Source: Candidatus Bathyarchaeota archaeon
GTDB taxonomy: Archaea; Thermoproteota; Bathyarchaeia; Bathyarchaeales; Bathycorpusculaceae
Assembly: GCA_963717465.1 (NCBI GenBank)
Contig: OY970340.1
Location: 1,632,001-1,696,000, forward strand
Length of the DNA: 64,000 nt
Direction of reading: 5' to 3'
Position numbers and translations under genes: made by a program. The notes under the pieces were generated by a model. The model did no database searches. It was not told where the DNA came from and saw only the letters and a program-made list of their open reading frames with translations. Position 1 is the stretch's first letter. Each line of letters begins with the position of its first letter. Shown piece after piece: positions 31,406 through 41,596 of the stretch.

Positions 31406-33078
31406 ATGGTTAAGAAAGAAAAAATGTTTTTAGAAGAACTTGAGAAGAAATTCAAGGAAGATCCTACTAAAAAGACTACTACCTACTACCATTTTGGTGG
31501 CTGGAAGCAGTCAAAGAGAAAGCAAGAATTCTACAGAGCTAGCCAAAAGATCGAGAAAGAGAGAGGCATACCGATGTACTCTCCGGATACTTCACTTAGG
31601 TGGTGTACCTGTAGGTCAAAGACTTCTTATGCCCTATAAGATCTCTGGGACAGACGTTTATTGTGAAGGAGACGACTTACATTTCATCAACAACGCAGCC
31701 ATGCAGCAAATGTGGGACGACATAAGAAGGACAGTAATCGTAGGCTTAGATGCCCCGCACAAAGTATTAGAAAGCAGATTAGGCAAAGAAGTAACACCAG
31801 AAACAATAAGCGAATACATGGAAATACTCAACCACACAATGCCTGGAGCAGCAGTAGTTCAAGAACACATGGTTGAAACACACCCCGCACTAGTGTCAGA
31901 TTGCTATGTAAAACTATTCACAGGCAACGATGAGCTTGCAGATGCCATAGACAAAAGATTCGTAATTAACATAAACAAATTATTCCCCAAAGAAAATGCT
32001 GCAGCCCTAAAGAAAGCAATCGGAAACCGCGTTTGGCAAGTAGTCAGAGCACCCTCAATGGTTGGTCGTGTCTGCGACGGTGGAACAATTTCCAGATGGT
32101 CAGCAATGCAAATTTGCATGGCTATGATATGCTCATACAAACTAATGGCAGGAGAAGCAGCCACTGGAGAATTCGCCTATGCATCAAAACACGCCGAATT
32201 AATTGAAATGGGTACAATGACACCTTGGAGAAGACAAAGAGGTCCAAACGAGCCTGGTGGTATTACATTTGGTTATCTAGCTGATATGATCCAATACGAC
32301 AGAGTTCACCCAGATGACCCAGTAAGACAATCCCTTGAAACAATCGCTGCAGGCGCAATGCTATTCGACCAAATATACTTCGGCAGCTACATGTCAGGTG
32401 GTGTAGGATTCACTCAATATGCAACAGCAACCTACACAGACAACATTCTTGACGATATGTGCTATAACATTGCTGATTACGTTAAGAAGAAATATGGCGG
32501 ATTTACAAAGGCAAAAGTTTCCATGGACACTATACTCGACGTTGCAACAGAAGCTACAGAATATGGTCTTGACCAATATGACATGTACCCAACTCTAGCG
32601 GAAACTCACTTCGGAGGCTCACAAAGAACCTCAGTAGTATCTGCCTCAGCAGGAGTAGGTGTCGCTCTCGCTACTGGACGTGCTCAAGCAGGAGTAAACG
32701 GATGGTACCTATCTCAAATACTGCACAAAGAAATAGCCGGCAGACTCTGGATTCTACGGTTACGATGCACAAGACCAAATGGGAGCAGCAAACAGCTTTG
32801 CCTTCCGAGGCGACGAAGGATTGCCAATGGAACTACGAGGACCTAACTATCCAAACTACGCAATGAACGTTGGCCACACCGGTGAATACGCAGGAATAGT
32901 CGCAGCAGCGCATTCAGCTCGAGGAGACGCCTGGTGTTGCAACCCAATAATCAAAGTCGCATTCGCAGACCCAAGCCTCAAATTCGACTTCGTAAACGTC
33001 AGAGCATGCTTCGCAAAAGGCGCCACAAGAGAATTCATGCCTGCTGCAGAACGTACAGCAGTCATACCTCCAAAGTAA
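31406..33078 (+). CDS. mcrA: methyl-coenzyme M reductase alpha subunit (+1 frameshifts near 31589 and 32748)
   Basis: [65 protein letters not shown]. Confidence 0.98.
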
Positions 33079-33110
33079 ATTCTCTCTTTCCTTTTTCATT
33101 TTTTTTAAGT
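33079..33110 (+). terminator. oligo-T archaeal terminator of the mcr operon
   Basis: TCTCTCTTTCCTTTTTCATTTTTTTT directly after the mcrA stop. Confidence 0.6.
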
Positions 33111-33219
33111 AATTTGTTTGCCTTTTATTTCCAAAAAATTAATATCATAAAAAATTACAGACTACTTCAAAGGGAAAAATTTAGCAGTTTTAATGAATAA
33201 TTACGGGGAGTATGAAGTC

Positions 33220-33597
33220 ATGGTAACGTTAAAAGTCGATCCTGGCGCTTGCAGATTCAACGCAGTCATCAATGTTAAGAAAGTGCTGGACGGAGAAGTT
33301 GAGCAAAAGAAAGCATCCGGCGCAGACATATTGAGGACGCTTGGTGGAGAAGTTGAAATAAGCATCATAAGTCAATGCCCAAATATTACGAAGCTAAAAC
33401 AAGCAATAGGTAAGGTTAAAATTTCTGAGGCAATTACATTGCCAAGTAGAAACATTATAATAAAAAAGGCTAATGAAACGTTGCCACACTCGGCATGTCC
33501 ACTTCCCTGTGCAATAATTAAAGCTGTTGAAGCAGAAATAGGCTTTGCAACCAAAAAAGATGTGGAGATATCCTTTGAAAAGTCTGAAAACATTTAA
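33220..33597 (+). CDS. Cys-rich conserved protein, DUF6951-like
   Basis: VDPGACRF, SQCPNI, HSACPLPCAIIKAVEAEIG. Confidence 0.65.
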   Translation: MVTLKVDPGACRFNAVINVKKVLDGEVEQKKASGADILRTLGGEVEISIISQCPNITKLKQAIGKVKISEAITLPSRNIIIKKANETLPHSACPLPCAIIKAVEAEIGFATKKDVEISFEKSENI

Positions 33598-33938
33598 TCA
33601 GTTTTTTTGGTTAGCGTGTATTAATAGAAATGAGTTGGCTTAATTTATCCGGAGAGACTTTTGGGCAATTATTTTGATTAAAGAACCAAGAATCTCTTTT
33701 TTCTTGGCGAAGTTTATGTTACCAAGTGCTGGAAGGTTTTTCTAGCCTTTTTCTTTTCTTACTTAGTCATTCTGCTTACTTGCAAATTATTTGCCTCTTC
33801 CTGCCGGTCCTCACACTTGTTCTCTTTATGAGCGTTAAAAGTTTGACGTGAAGGGATTTTAGCAACAAGGCCTTATAGATAAGTTAGCTACATTCCCCTA
33901 TAATCCCGTATACTATCTTTATGAGGAGGTGAATTATC

Positions 33939-34460
33939 TTGAATGATATAGAAGAAAAGGCTGCTGGGCTCCAAAAATTTGTGAAATTGTTTGAGACAAA
34001 ACCTGAAGCTGGCTTATTAAAGCCAAAGATTAAAGCAACTAACAAGGATGGTGTAGTGACCCTTAAAGCGGGTAACAGTAGTTGGGAAGAAGATTTTCCT
34101 CCCTCACTCGGAGGGCGTGATACAACAATCGGACCAATCCCTCATTTGCTCGGGTCACTGGCTGGTTGCGCTGCAGGTTTAATCAAGAATACACTTGCCC
34201 CACAAACAAATACATCAATTGACTCAGTTGATGCAGATGTCCAATGCGAATTTGATTTAAAAGGAATTCTCGGCATGGAAGGTGCTAAAGCAGACATTGG
34301 AAACGTTTCACTCACAGTTACAGTTTACTCAAATGACAGTCAAGATAAAATTGAGAAGTTACTTGAAGAATGGAAAAAGCGTTGCCCAGTATATCTATGT
34401 TTTACAAAACCAATTCAGGTCTCCACTAACCTAATAGTGAAAAAATCGGAAAGCAAGTAG
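33939..34460 (+). CDS. OsmC/Ohr-family protein
   Basis: D.PPSLGG.D..GP..LLGSLAGC...RCPV; GAGGAGGTGA SD. Confidence 0.85.
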   Translation: MNDIEEKAAGLQKFVKLFETKPEAGLLKPKIKATNKDGVVTLKAGNSSWEEDFPPSLGGRDTTIGPIPHLLGSLAGCAAGLIKNTLAPQTNTSIDSVDADVQCEFDLKGILGMEGAKADIGNVSLTVTVYSNDSQDKIEKLLEEWKKRCPVYLCFTKPIQVSTNLIVKKSESK

Positions 34461-34744
34461 TCCTTTCGCTCTATGGGCAAGTGAATTAATTCTGATTAAC
34501 TCTTTTTTCAATTTATCGTTCAATGGGTGCTTATGATTTATGCTTCTTCTGGGCACTGATTACTTCTAGAGCCTATTGACAACTGACGGAGGTCGGAATT
34601 CATTCCCATAGCAGTTATCTTCATTTTTTTGCTGCACGCCGGAGCTTCCGCAGCCTAAACTTGGTTATTTTCTAAACCAAACAGATTAATACTGTTTATG
34701 TTACATCTAAACTTAACAAAATTGATCAATGAGGTGAGAAAACG

Positions 34745-35128
34745 TTTACTAAAATTGTAATACCAGTTGATGATCAAAACGGTCTAGAATCACGTTTGGC
34801 TGAACATTTCGGAGAAGCACCTTACTACGCAATTATTGAATTGGATGAAAATAGCAAAATAACCAATTTCCAAACCGAACCAAATAAGAGCGTCCATGTA
34901 GGCGGAACTGGATATCCACATGAGCACCTGTTACTTCTGAAACCCAACGTTTTTGTCGTCCGCGGTATGGGACCAGGATGCCTAGCAAGTATTCGAAGCT
35001 ACGGAATCAATGTGCTAAAAGCTGATGGGAGTACCGTTAAGGAAATAGTTGATTTCTATATTGGCGGAAATTTAATGCAACTTATCGGCGGCTGCAATCA
35101 TGCACATAATCACTCCAACAACTGCTAA
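34745..35128 (+). CDS. NifX/NifB-family (FeMo-cofactor-precursor-binding domain) protein
   Basis: KIVIP...HFGEAPYY...GMGPG; frame open upstream of TTG 34796; start uncertain. Confidence 0.8.
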   Translation, partial: FTKIVIPVDDQNGLESRLAEHFGEAPYYAIIELDENSKITNFQTEPNKSVHVGGTGYPHEHLLLLKPNVFVVRGMGPGCLASIRSYGINVLKADGSTVKEIVDFYIGGNLMQLIGGCNHAHNHSNNC

Positions 35129-35269
35129 AAATGTGTAGCGCCAAAGAAGTCATGGGGCAAAATATTGCTTAAATTCTGATTTATTTTCTAAACTTTATAC
35201 CGAATTTTTATTCCAAAAGCCATAAATATGTTTATTTAATAATCAGGCAGACGAGAAAGTGTTTGTAAA

Positions 35270-36298
35270 ATGTCAAGTAGACTCAGCGATAAAGAAATTC
35301 AAATTATCCTAAATAAATCACTATCAAATAAACTCATCACAAAAGAAGAAGCAACAGCCCTTATGAAAGTTCCAATATTCTCAAAAGAAATGTATGACCT
35401 ATGCTATGTGGCAAACAAATTGTCGCGTGATCAATTCAAAAACAAAGGTGAAGTACATGCTCAAGTAGGCTTGGATTTCTCACCGTGCGCCAACGACTGT
35501 AAATTCTGCGTTTTTGGCAGTTTGGACCAGAAAGCAATTAGATTAAGTCCTCAGGAAGTTGTAGAAAGAGCCAAAGCCTTTCAAGATGCAGGAGCAAACG
35601 CAATTTACCTGATGACGACAGGTAGCTATGACTTCAAAGAATTCATTAGTATTGGCAAGAAAGTAAAAGCAGCTTTATTACCTACTATGCCTTTAGTTGC
35701 GAACATTTATGATTTTGGAGCAGAACAAGCTGAAGACTTAGCAAAAGCAGGTTTTACGGCAATATACCATGCCATTAGACTCCGAGAAGGAAAAGACACA
35801 AAAATTGACCCTAAAAAAAGAATACAAACAATAAAAAACGCTCAGAAAGCAGGATTAGACAGTTTATTCTGCATTGAACCTATTGGACCGGAACATGCAG
35901 TAGATGAAATAGTTGATCTCATGTTTTTAGGAAAAGAACTTAGAGTAACATTCAGTGGAGCAATGAAAAGAGTCTGTGCACCAGGCACACCACTCCATAA
36001 AAACGGTGAAATCTCCTATTGGGAACTTGCCAAAACGGTCGCTGTATCAAGGCTCGTTATGGGCAAATCTGCTTTAGGTCACTGCACCCACGAGCCAAAT
36101 ATGCCCTCATTGCTTGCGGGGGCAAATTTGATTTGGGCTGAGACAGGACCAAACCCAAGAGATGCTGAAAAAGAGACATCAAAATCCCGTGGGCTTGCTG
36201 TTTTGAATTGTCGCAAAATTTTGTGGGAATCAGGTTTCGAGCAGCTTGAGGGTCCATCGCCTTCTGCATTGGGTTCTCTACGCAAGCAGCAGGTTTAA
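35270..36298 (+). CDS. BioB/HydE/PylB-like radical SAM protein, function unknown
   Basis: CANDCKFC motif, RLREG, CIEPIGPEH, CTHEP, GANL. Confidence 0.85.
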   Translation: MSSRLSDKEIQIILNKSLSNKLITKEEATALMKVPIFSKEMYDLCYVANKLSRDQFKNKGEVHAQVGLDFSPCANDCKFCVFGSLDQKAIRLSPQEVVERAKAFQDAGANAIYLMTTGSYDFKEFISIGKKVKAALLPTMPLVANIYDFGAEQAEDLAKAGFTAIYHAIRLREGKDTKIDPKKRIQTIKNAQKAGLDSLFCIEPIGPEHAVDEIVDLMFLGKELRVTFSGAMKRVCAPGTPLHKNGEISYWELAKTVAVSRLVMGKSALGHCTHEPNMPSLLAGANLIWAETGPNPRDAEKETSKSRGLAVLNCRKILWESGFEQLEGPSPSALGSLRKQQV

Positions 36299-36328
36299 CC
36301 ATTTTCTTTCTTCTTGAGGCTTTGAGAA

Positions 36329-37228
36329 TTGAATCAGCCGTTAAAAGGTTTCTTGCCATGGACTTGCGTAATCGTTGCTTCGGTTGCAACCATTTTTATA
36401 GGTAACTATTTTGGCGTGGATCCTGTCACTTTATCAGTCTATACGTTATTTGCGTGTTGGTTCTCTTTTATTATTTCCTATTCTGACAAATGGCCACTGA
36501 GAAAATATTCACAGCCCCTTCAAGGAGCACTATTTCTTGTCGCGTGTATCATTTACGCGTTTGTTCAACCCTATGTCCAAGTGAACATTCTCAATTATGG
36601 AACAGAGAATTATTGGCCGATAATTGCAAACCTTTTCTTTGCATTAGGCTTATCTGCCGCATTTGATAACAGACTTGTTAAAGGGTTAAAACAGCCCAAA
36701 GCGGTGATTCTCAACGCCTTTTTCTGGTACCTCATAACAATCGTGTTACTATTAACAATCGGATATGTTCCATCAATTTGGTTTGCATTTTTCGTGTTGT
36801 ACTTTTTCTGGTTTGACAGATACCCAATTGGAACTATGAAACAGCCATTCAAAGGAATTTTGTCATTTGTAGTGATGGGTGCGTCATCTTTGGTTTTAGA
36901 GTTTGCTTTTAGGCTTGCTGGCACAAGCTTTGTTGGAGGGAACTTGGTTGGTCCAGTTTGGTTTGCTCATTGGGTTTTTTGGCTGGTGGCAACCTCGTGG
37001 GTTTTTAAAAATTATCCTTTTGAGAAACTTCGGCAACCCTTAAAAGGGATAGTTGGAACAGCAATGACTGTCGCTTTAGCCTTATGTTCATTTTACATAA
37101 CTAATAATTTAGCAGGCCTGCCCCTGGCAGAGAATTTGGGATACGCGTGGGTGTTTGTAAGCTGGGTATACATTTGGCCCATCGTCTTTGGATCGTGGCC
37201 AGCTCGTGATAAAGAGATAAAAAATTGA
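36329..37228 (+). CDS. polytopic membrane protein
   Basis: About 10 hydrophobic segments with a repeated (W/Y)P...QP.(K/Q)G motif. Confidence 0.75.
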   Translation: MNQPLKGFLPWTCVIVASVATIFIGNYFGVDPVTLSVYTLFACWFSFIISYSDKWPLRKYSQPLQGALFLVACIIYAFVQPYVQVNILNYGTENYWPIIANLFFALGLSAAFDNRLVKGLKQPKAVILNAFFWYLITIVLLLTIGYVPSIWFAFFVLYFFWFDRYPIGTMKQPFKGILSFVVMGASSLVLEFAFRLAGTSFVGGNLVGPVWFAHWVFWLVATSWVFKNYPFEKLRQPLKGIVGTAMTVALALCSFYITNNLAGLPLAENLGYAWVFVSWVYIWPIVFGSWPARDKEIKN

Positions 37229-37409
37229 AGCGCGCTTTTAATAATTTAGCTACTGAAATTTATTCAGTTTTTTATTGAAAGTTCAATGTTCACTGAAATT
37301 TTTTCGCTGTAGATATGTAGCACTGGGCAATTTGCTATTGTTCTTCGCTCGGTGATGTCGATTTCCAACTAATTTTAATTGTCTAATTAGTAATTTTTAA
37401 CGTTAATTG

Positions 37410-37931
37410 TCATTCTCTTGAAGCAATATTTTCTATTATCCTTTTATTTTCTTCGGCAGACATTTTCTGGATCTTCTTATACATTAATTCCATGACATTG
37501 CCTCCTGCGTATTCCAGCACTCTGCCAAGTGTGTATCGTCCGCCATTTTTTGCAAAAACTTCTTCTACCAATGCTTGATTTTGAGTAATTTTTTCTACAA
37601 ATTCCTTATAAAAGTTATTAGCCAATTTTTTAAGTCCAGGTTCCAGTTCTTTTATGTCAACGTCTCGAAGGATTGGCGTAACTGCTGAATAGTATTTTTG
37701 GCCCTGCTTATCTGTTGCCAACACCACAACTAAGCCAGAGTCGACTAGTTGTTTTAAGCATCCCTGAACCACTTCCGGTGGAAGATCCAGATACTCTGCA
37801 ACAACCCTGCTGGGTAAAGCTGCCCGAGACAACATTTCCAAAATATTCCTTTTTACGCCGTCAATCATTGTTACACTAAATTCGAGAAGATCCTTAAAGT
37901 TTTTATAAACTATAACTGGCATAAGTCTCAA
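37410..37931 (-). CDS. winged-helix transcriptional regulator
   Basis: KRNILEML...VAEYLDL...CLKQLVDSGLV...YY. Confidence 0.65.
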   Translation of the reverse strand: MRLMPVIVYKNFKDLLEFSVTMIDGVKRNILEMLSRAALPSRVVAEYLDLPPEVVQGCLKQLVDSGLVVVLATDKQGQKYYSAVTPILRDVDIKELEPGLKKLANNFYKEFVEKITQNQALVEEVFAKNGGRYTLGRVLEYAGGNVMELMYKKIQKMSAEENKRIIENIASRE

Positions 37932-38240
37932 ACCATTTTTAATAAAACATTACACCTTTAAACGACCTCAGCTCTTATAAAAGTTTAACCTACTAATGTT
38001 TCTTAAAAATATCTTGGACTCAACTTCAAAATAAATCTGTTTTCAGGTTGTTTTTCTGAAATTTCTGTTTCTTCAGCGGGTTTTAGCGGATTTTTTATTA
38101 AAATACCCAATGATTGTAGACATGGGAATTTTGAACTGACGAAGGGAAGCTACATCTATGTTTTAAAACGCTTGTTGTGATTCAAATCGCACATTAAAAG
38201 GCTCACTAAAATCGAATTTCGGTAATAGACATTAATGCGA

Positions 38241-39143
38241 TTACGTTAGAGGCTTTGGCGATCTTTCAACCGTTAGTGTAGGTAGCTTTGCTTTCAATAT
38301 CACTAACGGTTCCTTAAGTGCTTCTGCTCTTGCCAACAAAATGCCCTTACCAGTTTCTGTAATAGCGAACACGGGTATTGCCATGCCTTCTTGAAGTAAA
38401 GCTTTAGGTCCAACAATCTCACGAACAGTCTTCGATGCGCAACCCCACACTATATCCGCATGGTTAGCTAAGATTTCAGCGTCTTGCAGGCTTATCCCAG
38501 TGTTATGAACCGCAAAAATAACCACGTTGACTCCCTTTTCTTTCTCAATCTTTCTAATCTTTATAACTTCTTGTGCTTCTCGTCCAGTCACCGTTACTGC
38601 AATCTTCTTATAGCCCGAATCAGCAGCTTTACAAACACCTTTTGCCTGATTTATCGTTGCATCTAATGGATTTAAAACTGAAGCACCTTTCGCCTCCAGT
38701 TTCTCTATGACCTTGGGAACAGGAGAGGTCTTTTCGATTCCAGTTAGTCTCGCTCCAATTCCTTGGACAAGATAAGGATTATTCGTCACCACAGTACCGG
38801 CTCCATCACACGCGATAACGGCTGAATCGAGAATTCCTCTCATCATCACTGTCATGATCATTTCTGACGCTCCAAAGAGCACAAAATCTTCATGATCCAA
38901 AGCTCTTCGCTCGGTGTATGTTCCAAATTTCCTGATGTTTTGCTCAACCATTGATCTTATAGTATCCTTAGTGAGAAACTTAATTCCATAAGCGCGGTCA
39001 TAAAGTGGACAATAATTTGTCGTGAGATCTTCAATTTCTTTTACAATACCGTCCTCTATTACAACACGAGCTCCGGCAAATCGAATGACGTGCCTGTCTT
39101 TCGTCCCGTATGCACTTTTACGTTGATTTTTTTTGCCAGTCAT
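38241..39143 (-). CDS. methanogenesis marker protein 8 (DUF2099)
   Basis: DRHVI, YCPL, FGASE, ACDGAGTV, LVQGIG.R..G, AVHNTG, CASK.VRE. Confidence 0.85.
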   Translation of the reverse strand: MTGKKNQRKSAYGTKDRHVIRFAGARVVIEDGIVKEIEDLTTNYCPLYDRAYGIKFLTKDTIRSMVEQNIRKFGTYTERRALDHEDFVLFGASEMIMTVMMRGILDSAVIACDGAGTVVTNNPYLVQGIGARLTGIEKTSPVPKVIEKLEAKGASVLNPLDATINQAKGVCKAADSGYKKIAVTVTGREAQEVIKIRKIEKEKGVNVVIFAVHNTGISLQDAEILANHADIVWGCASKTVREIVGPKALLQEGMAIPVFAITETGKGILLARAEALKEPLVILKAKLPTLTVERSPKPLT

Positions 39144-39205
39144 AAAGTGTCCCTTAACTAATTGCGAACCTATAATTTTTAATGCAATTTAAATTACATT
39201 TAATG

Positions 39206-40126
39206 TTAGATTGTGATTGCAACAACTGATTCTGGTAGGATCTTTACTATTGTGTGTCCTTTTATTTCTGATGCTTTGACTTTAGCGACGTCTCTTATCT
39301 TAACTTTCTCTGCAAGATTTACGTTTAGAATTTTTTCTTGGTACTTGTTGAAGGGAAGTTTTACTCTTAACCCGTCAAGTTTGACTACTATTGGAGCTGG
39401 TGAAACAACTTGCTTTATAGCTGGAACTTGCTGTTCTATCATTTTCTTAACAAAAAATGGTTGAATTGCAGGGGGATCGTTGTCTATATCTTCTCTTCTC
39501 TTATCAATACAACGTGTTACCGCGTTTGCAATGCGTTCAAGTACTTTGATTTCTTCCTCTTTTTGAAACCGACGGCATATCCTTTCTACCCCACTAACGT
39601 ACTCACCCACATACGGCATTTTCTCTTCAATCTGTGGAGCGCCAGTGACGATTATTGGAATCGTTATATCTGAAATCAGCTTTGCTTTTTCCGTAATGCA
39701 TTTGCTAAAACATCCAAGAGCAAGCACAGCAGCATCATGCTCCTCAAGCAATCTTTTTTCCGACTCACTTATCTGGGCAATCCTGCGGCCAACCCCTCTT
39801 GCTAACCCAATAAAATTGGTTTTTGCACCTTGACGCCTCAAGTATTCAGCTATGTCGCAGAGTGGATGAGGCATATGTTGAGGGGAAAGAGAAGGCGCAA
39901 CGATAGCTATTTCAGTGCCACCTAAAGGCGCGTTTTCTATTTCCCCATGGAGTTCTTGAGCTTTTTCTCGAACTTTGTTCGTGTCTTTCTCTGGTACTGC
40001 AATTAGCATAATTACTCCTGTTTGGGTAATGTTCTTTTGTACCACAAATCCTCCAAGATCCTCTACTAACTCTTCGATTTCATTCTGCCTATACACTCCG
40101 CCGGTGTAGGTTAATGTGATATACAA
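39206..40126 (-). CDS. mmp7: methanogenesis marker protein 7
   Basis: YTGGVYR..E..ELVEDLGGF, HMPHPLCDIAEYLRRQGAK, GLARGVGR, LDGLRVKLP. Confidence 0.92.
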   Translation of the reverse strand: MYITLTYTGGVYRQNEIEELVEDLGGFVVQKNITQTGVIMLIAVPEKDTNKVREKAQELHGEIENAPLGGTEIAIVAPSLSPQHMPHPLCDIAEYLRRQGAKTNFIGLARGVGRRIAQISESEKRLLEEHDAAVLALGCFSKCITEKAKLISDITIPIIVTGAPQIEEKMPYVGEYVSGVERICRRFQKEEEIKVLERIANAVTRCIDKRREDIDNDPPAIQPFFVKKMIEQQVPAIKQVVSPAPIVVKLDGLRVKLPFNKYQEKILNVNLAEKVKIRDVAKVKASEIKGHTIVKILPESVVAITI

Positions 40127-41019
40127 GTGTCATCCTCTCGGTTGATGCCTCTTTTTTCTAAGCCTGGGATTCCGCATGCATCTGCTCTACACATTTTGCA
40201 TAATCTAAACTGTGGAATATGAGGTTCGCAAAGGTCACGACTCGTCCTTAATTCTTCGCATGTTGGAGAGCGCAAGTCTTTGAAGTTATGAAGCGGCAAA
40301 AGCGGAATTATGTTCATTTTAAACGCTCCAAGTTTGGAGACTACTTTCGCGATTTCTTCAACATGTTTATCGTTTATTCCAGGTATGAGAACAGTGTTTA
40401 CTTTTATGCATAAGCCTTTTTTTGCGGCTAATTTTATTCCTTCAATCTGGTTCTTTGTAATTATCTCTCCAGCACGCAAACCCGTGTATTTCTTTCCTTC
40501 ATACACGATATATTCATAGATTTTTGCTGCGATGGCTGGATCCACGGCGTTGACTGTGACAGTTATGGTTTTTACGCCAGCCTCCACTAGTTCATCCACT
40601 TTCTTTGGCAAGAGTAAACCGTTTGTTGCGATACAATTTATTAGGTTTGGAAACTCTTGATGAACTCTCTTAAGAGTTGTGAATGTTGCTTCATTTGCAA
40701 GAGAATCCCCTGGACCGGCAACTCCGACTACTGTTAGTTGCGGATACTCTTTGACGGTTTTTCTGACTTTTTCTAAAGCTTCATCCGGAGTTAAGATGCG
40801 TGATGCTACGCCTGGTCTATTCTCGCATTTGTTAATGCTTCTTTTGCAGAAATTGCATTGTACATTACATTTGGGTGCAACAGGCAAGTGTAGTCTTGCA
40901 CATTGAGAATGAGCTTTATCATTGAAGCATGGGTGCAGCATCGTTGCATGAGCGAACTTTGAGTATTGTTTCGCGTCACGTGCACTCTTAAATTTATAAT
41001 TAAATCCTTTATCTTTCAA
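40111..41019 (-). CDS. nifB: NifB-type radical SAM protein (stand-alone, methanogen type)
   Basis: HPCF, RLHLPVAPKCNVQCNFC, ENRPGV, GVAGPGD.LAN, CKMCRADA; start uncertain. Confidence 0.9.
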   Translation of the reverse strand: MKDKGFNYKFKSARDAKQYSKFAHATMLHPCFNDKAHSQCARLHLPVAPKCNVQCNFCKRSINKCENRPGVASRILTPDEALEKVRKTVKEYPQLTVVGVAGPGDSLANEATFTTLKRVHQEFPNLINCIATNGLLLPKKVDELVEAGVKTITVTVNAVDPAIAAKIYEYIVYEGKKYTGLRAGEIITKNQIEGIKLAAKKGLCIKVNTVLIPGINDKHVEEIAKVVSKLGAFKMNIIPLLPLHNFKDLRSPTCEELRTSRDLCEPHIPQFRLCKMCRADACGIPGLEKRGINREDDTCISH

Positions 41020-41596
41020 GCGAATCAGCCTTCTTAATAATTTCTTTGGATAATTCGAGCCATGACGGTTTAATCGGGTCTTCAGAGGCAACGATCAAGA
41101 TTTTTGAGTCATGCGTTGTTGAGTATCTAACACGCATTCCTTCAGGAATCATTCTAGTCAACGTGTCTATTATTCTATTAAGTAGCTCCTCTTTTGGGTC
41201 ATCAATAACCATTTCCGATAATTCTTCAACTTTTATCGGCTTTTCAATGACGATTTCATACCTGCTGGGTTGGCTGACTTCTTCTTTCCCGTACTTGTTG
41301 AAAAGGGCTCTTAGCAGTTTTGGCATGTAAGAATCGTCTTCTGCCGTTAGACTAACTCCTTTTTCAAGTTGTCGAATGGTTATAACCTCTGAGGCTTTTA
41401 CTGCTCTGCCTGATACAGCGTAAACTGCATAGATCATGAAGACTGGTTCTTCTGGATTAATGTAAATATACAAGCTCTTGATGGCGCTTTGAATCATGGA
41501 CTCTGCTAAGATTGATTCGATATAAGTTTGGTATGCTCGGCGGCTTGCCTCATCTGGAACTTCTATTGTGAGTTTTTCGGAACCTATTGTTGACAT
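41009..41596 (-). CDS. mmp17: methanogenesis marker protein 17
   Basis: PEEPVF, QPSRY, IPEGMRVR, ASED; position after mmp15. Confidence 0.85.
   Translation of the reverse strand: MSTIGSEKLTIEVPDEASRRAYQTYIESILAESMIQSAIKSLYIYINPEEPVFMIYAVYAVSGRAVKASEVITIRQLEKGVSLTAEDDSYMPKLLRALFNKYGKEEVSQPSRYEIVIEKPIKVEELSEMVIDDPKEELLNRIIDTLTRMIPEGMRVRYSTTHDSKILIVASEDPIKPSWLELSKEIIKKADSLER

Noticed and set aside
28046..33078. Programmed frameshifting in the mcr genes
   Set aside because: No shared slippery sequence; the same +1 breaks occur in unrelated genes, so sequencing error is simpler
35270..36298. PylB or biotin synthase assignment
   Set aside because: No pylCDST, amber-containing methylamine methyltransferases or bio genes nearby; only the general radical SAM fold is supportable
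40111..41019. Nitrogen fixation
   Set aside because: nifB and a NifX-like gene are present but no nifHDK/EN; the context is the MCR marker operon
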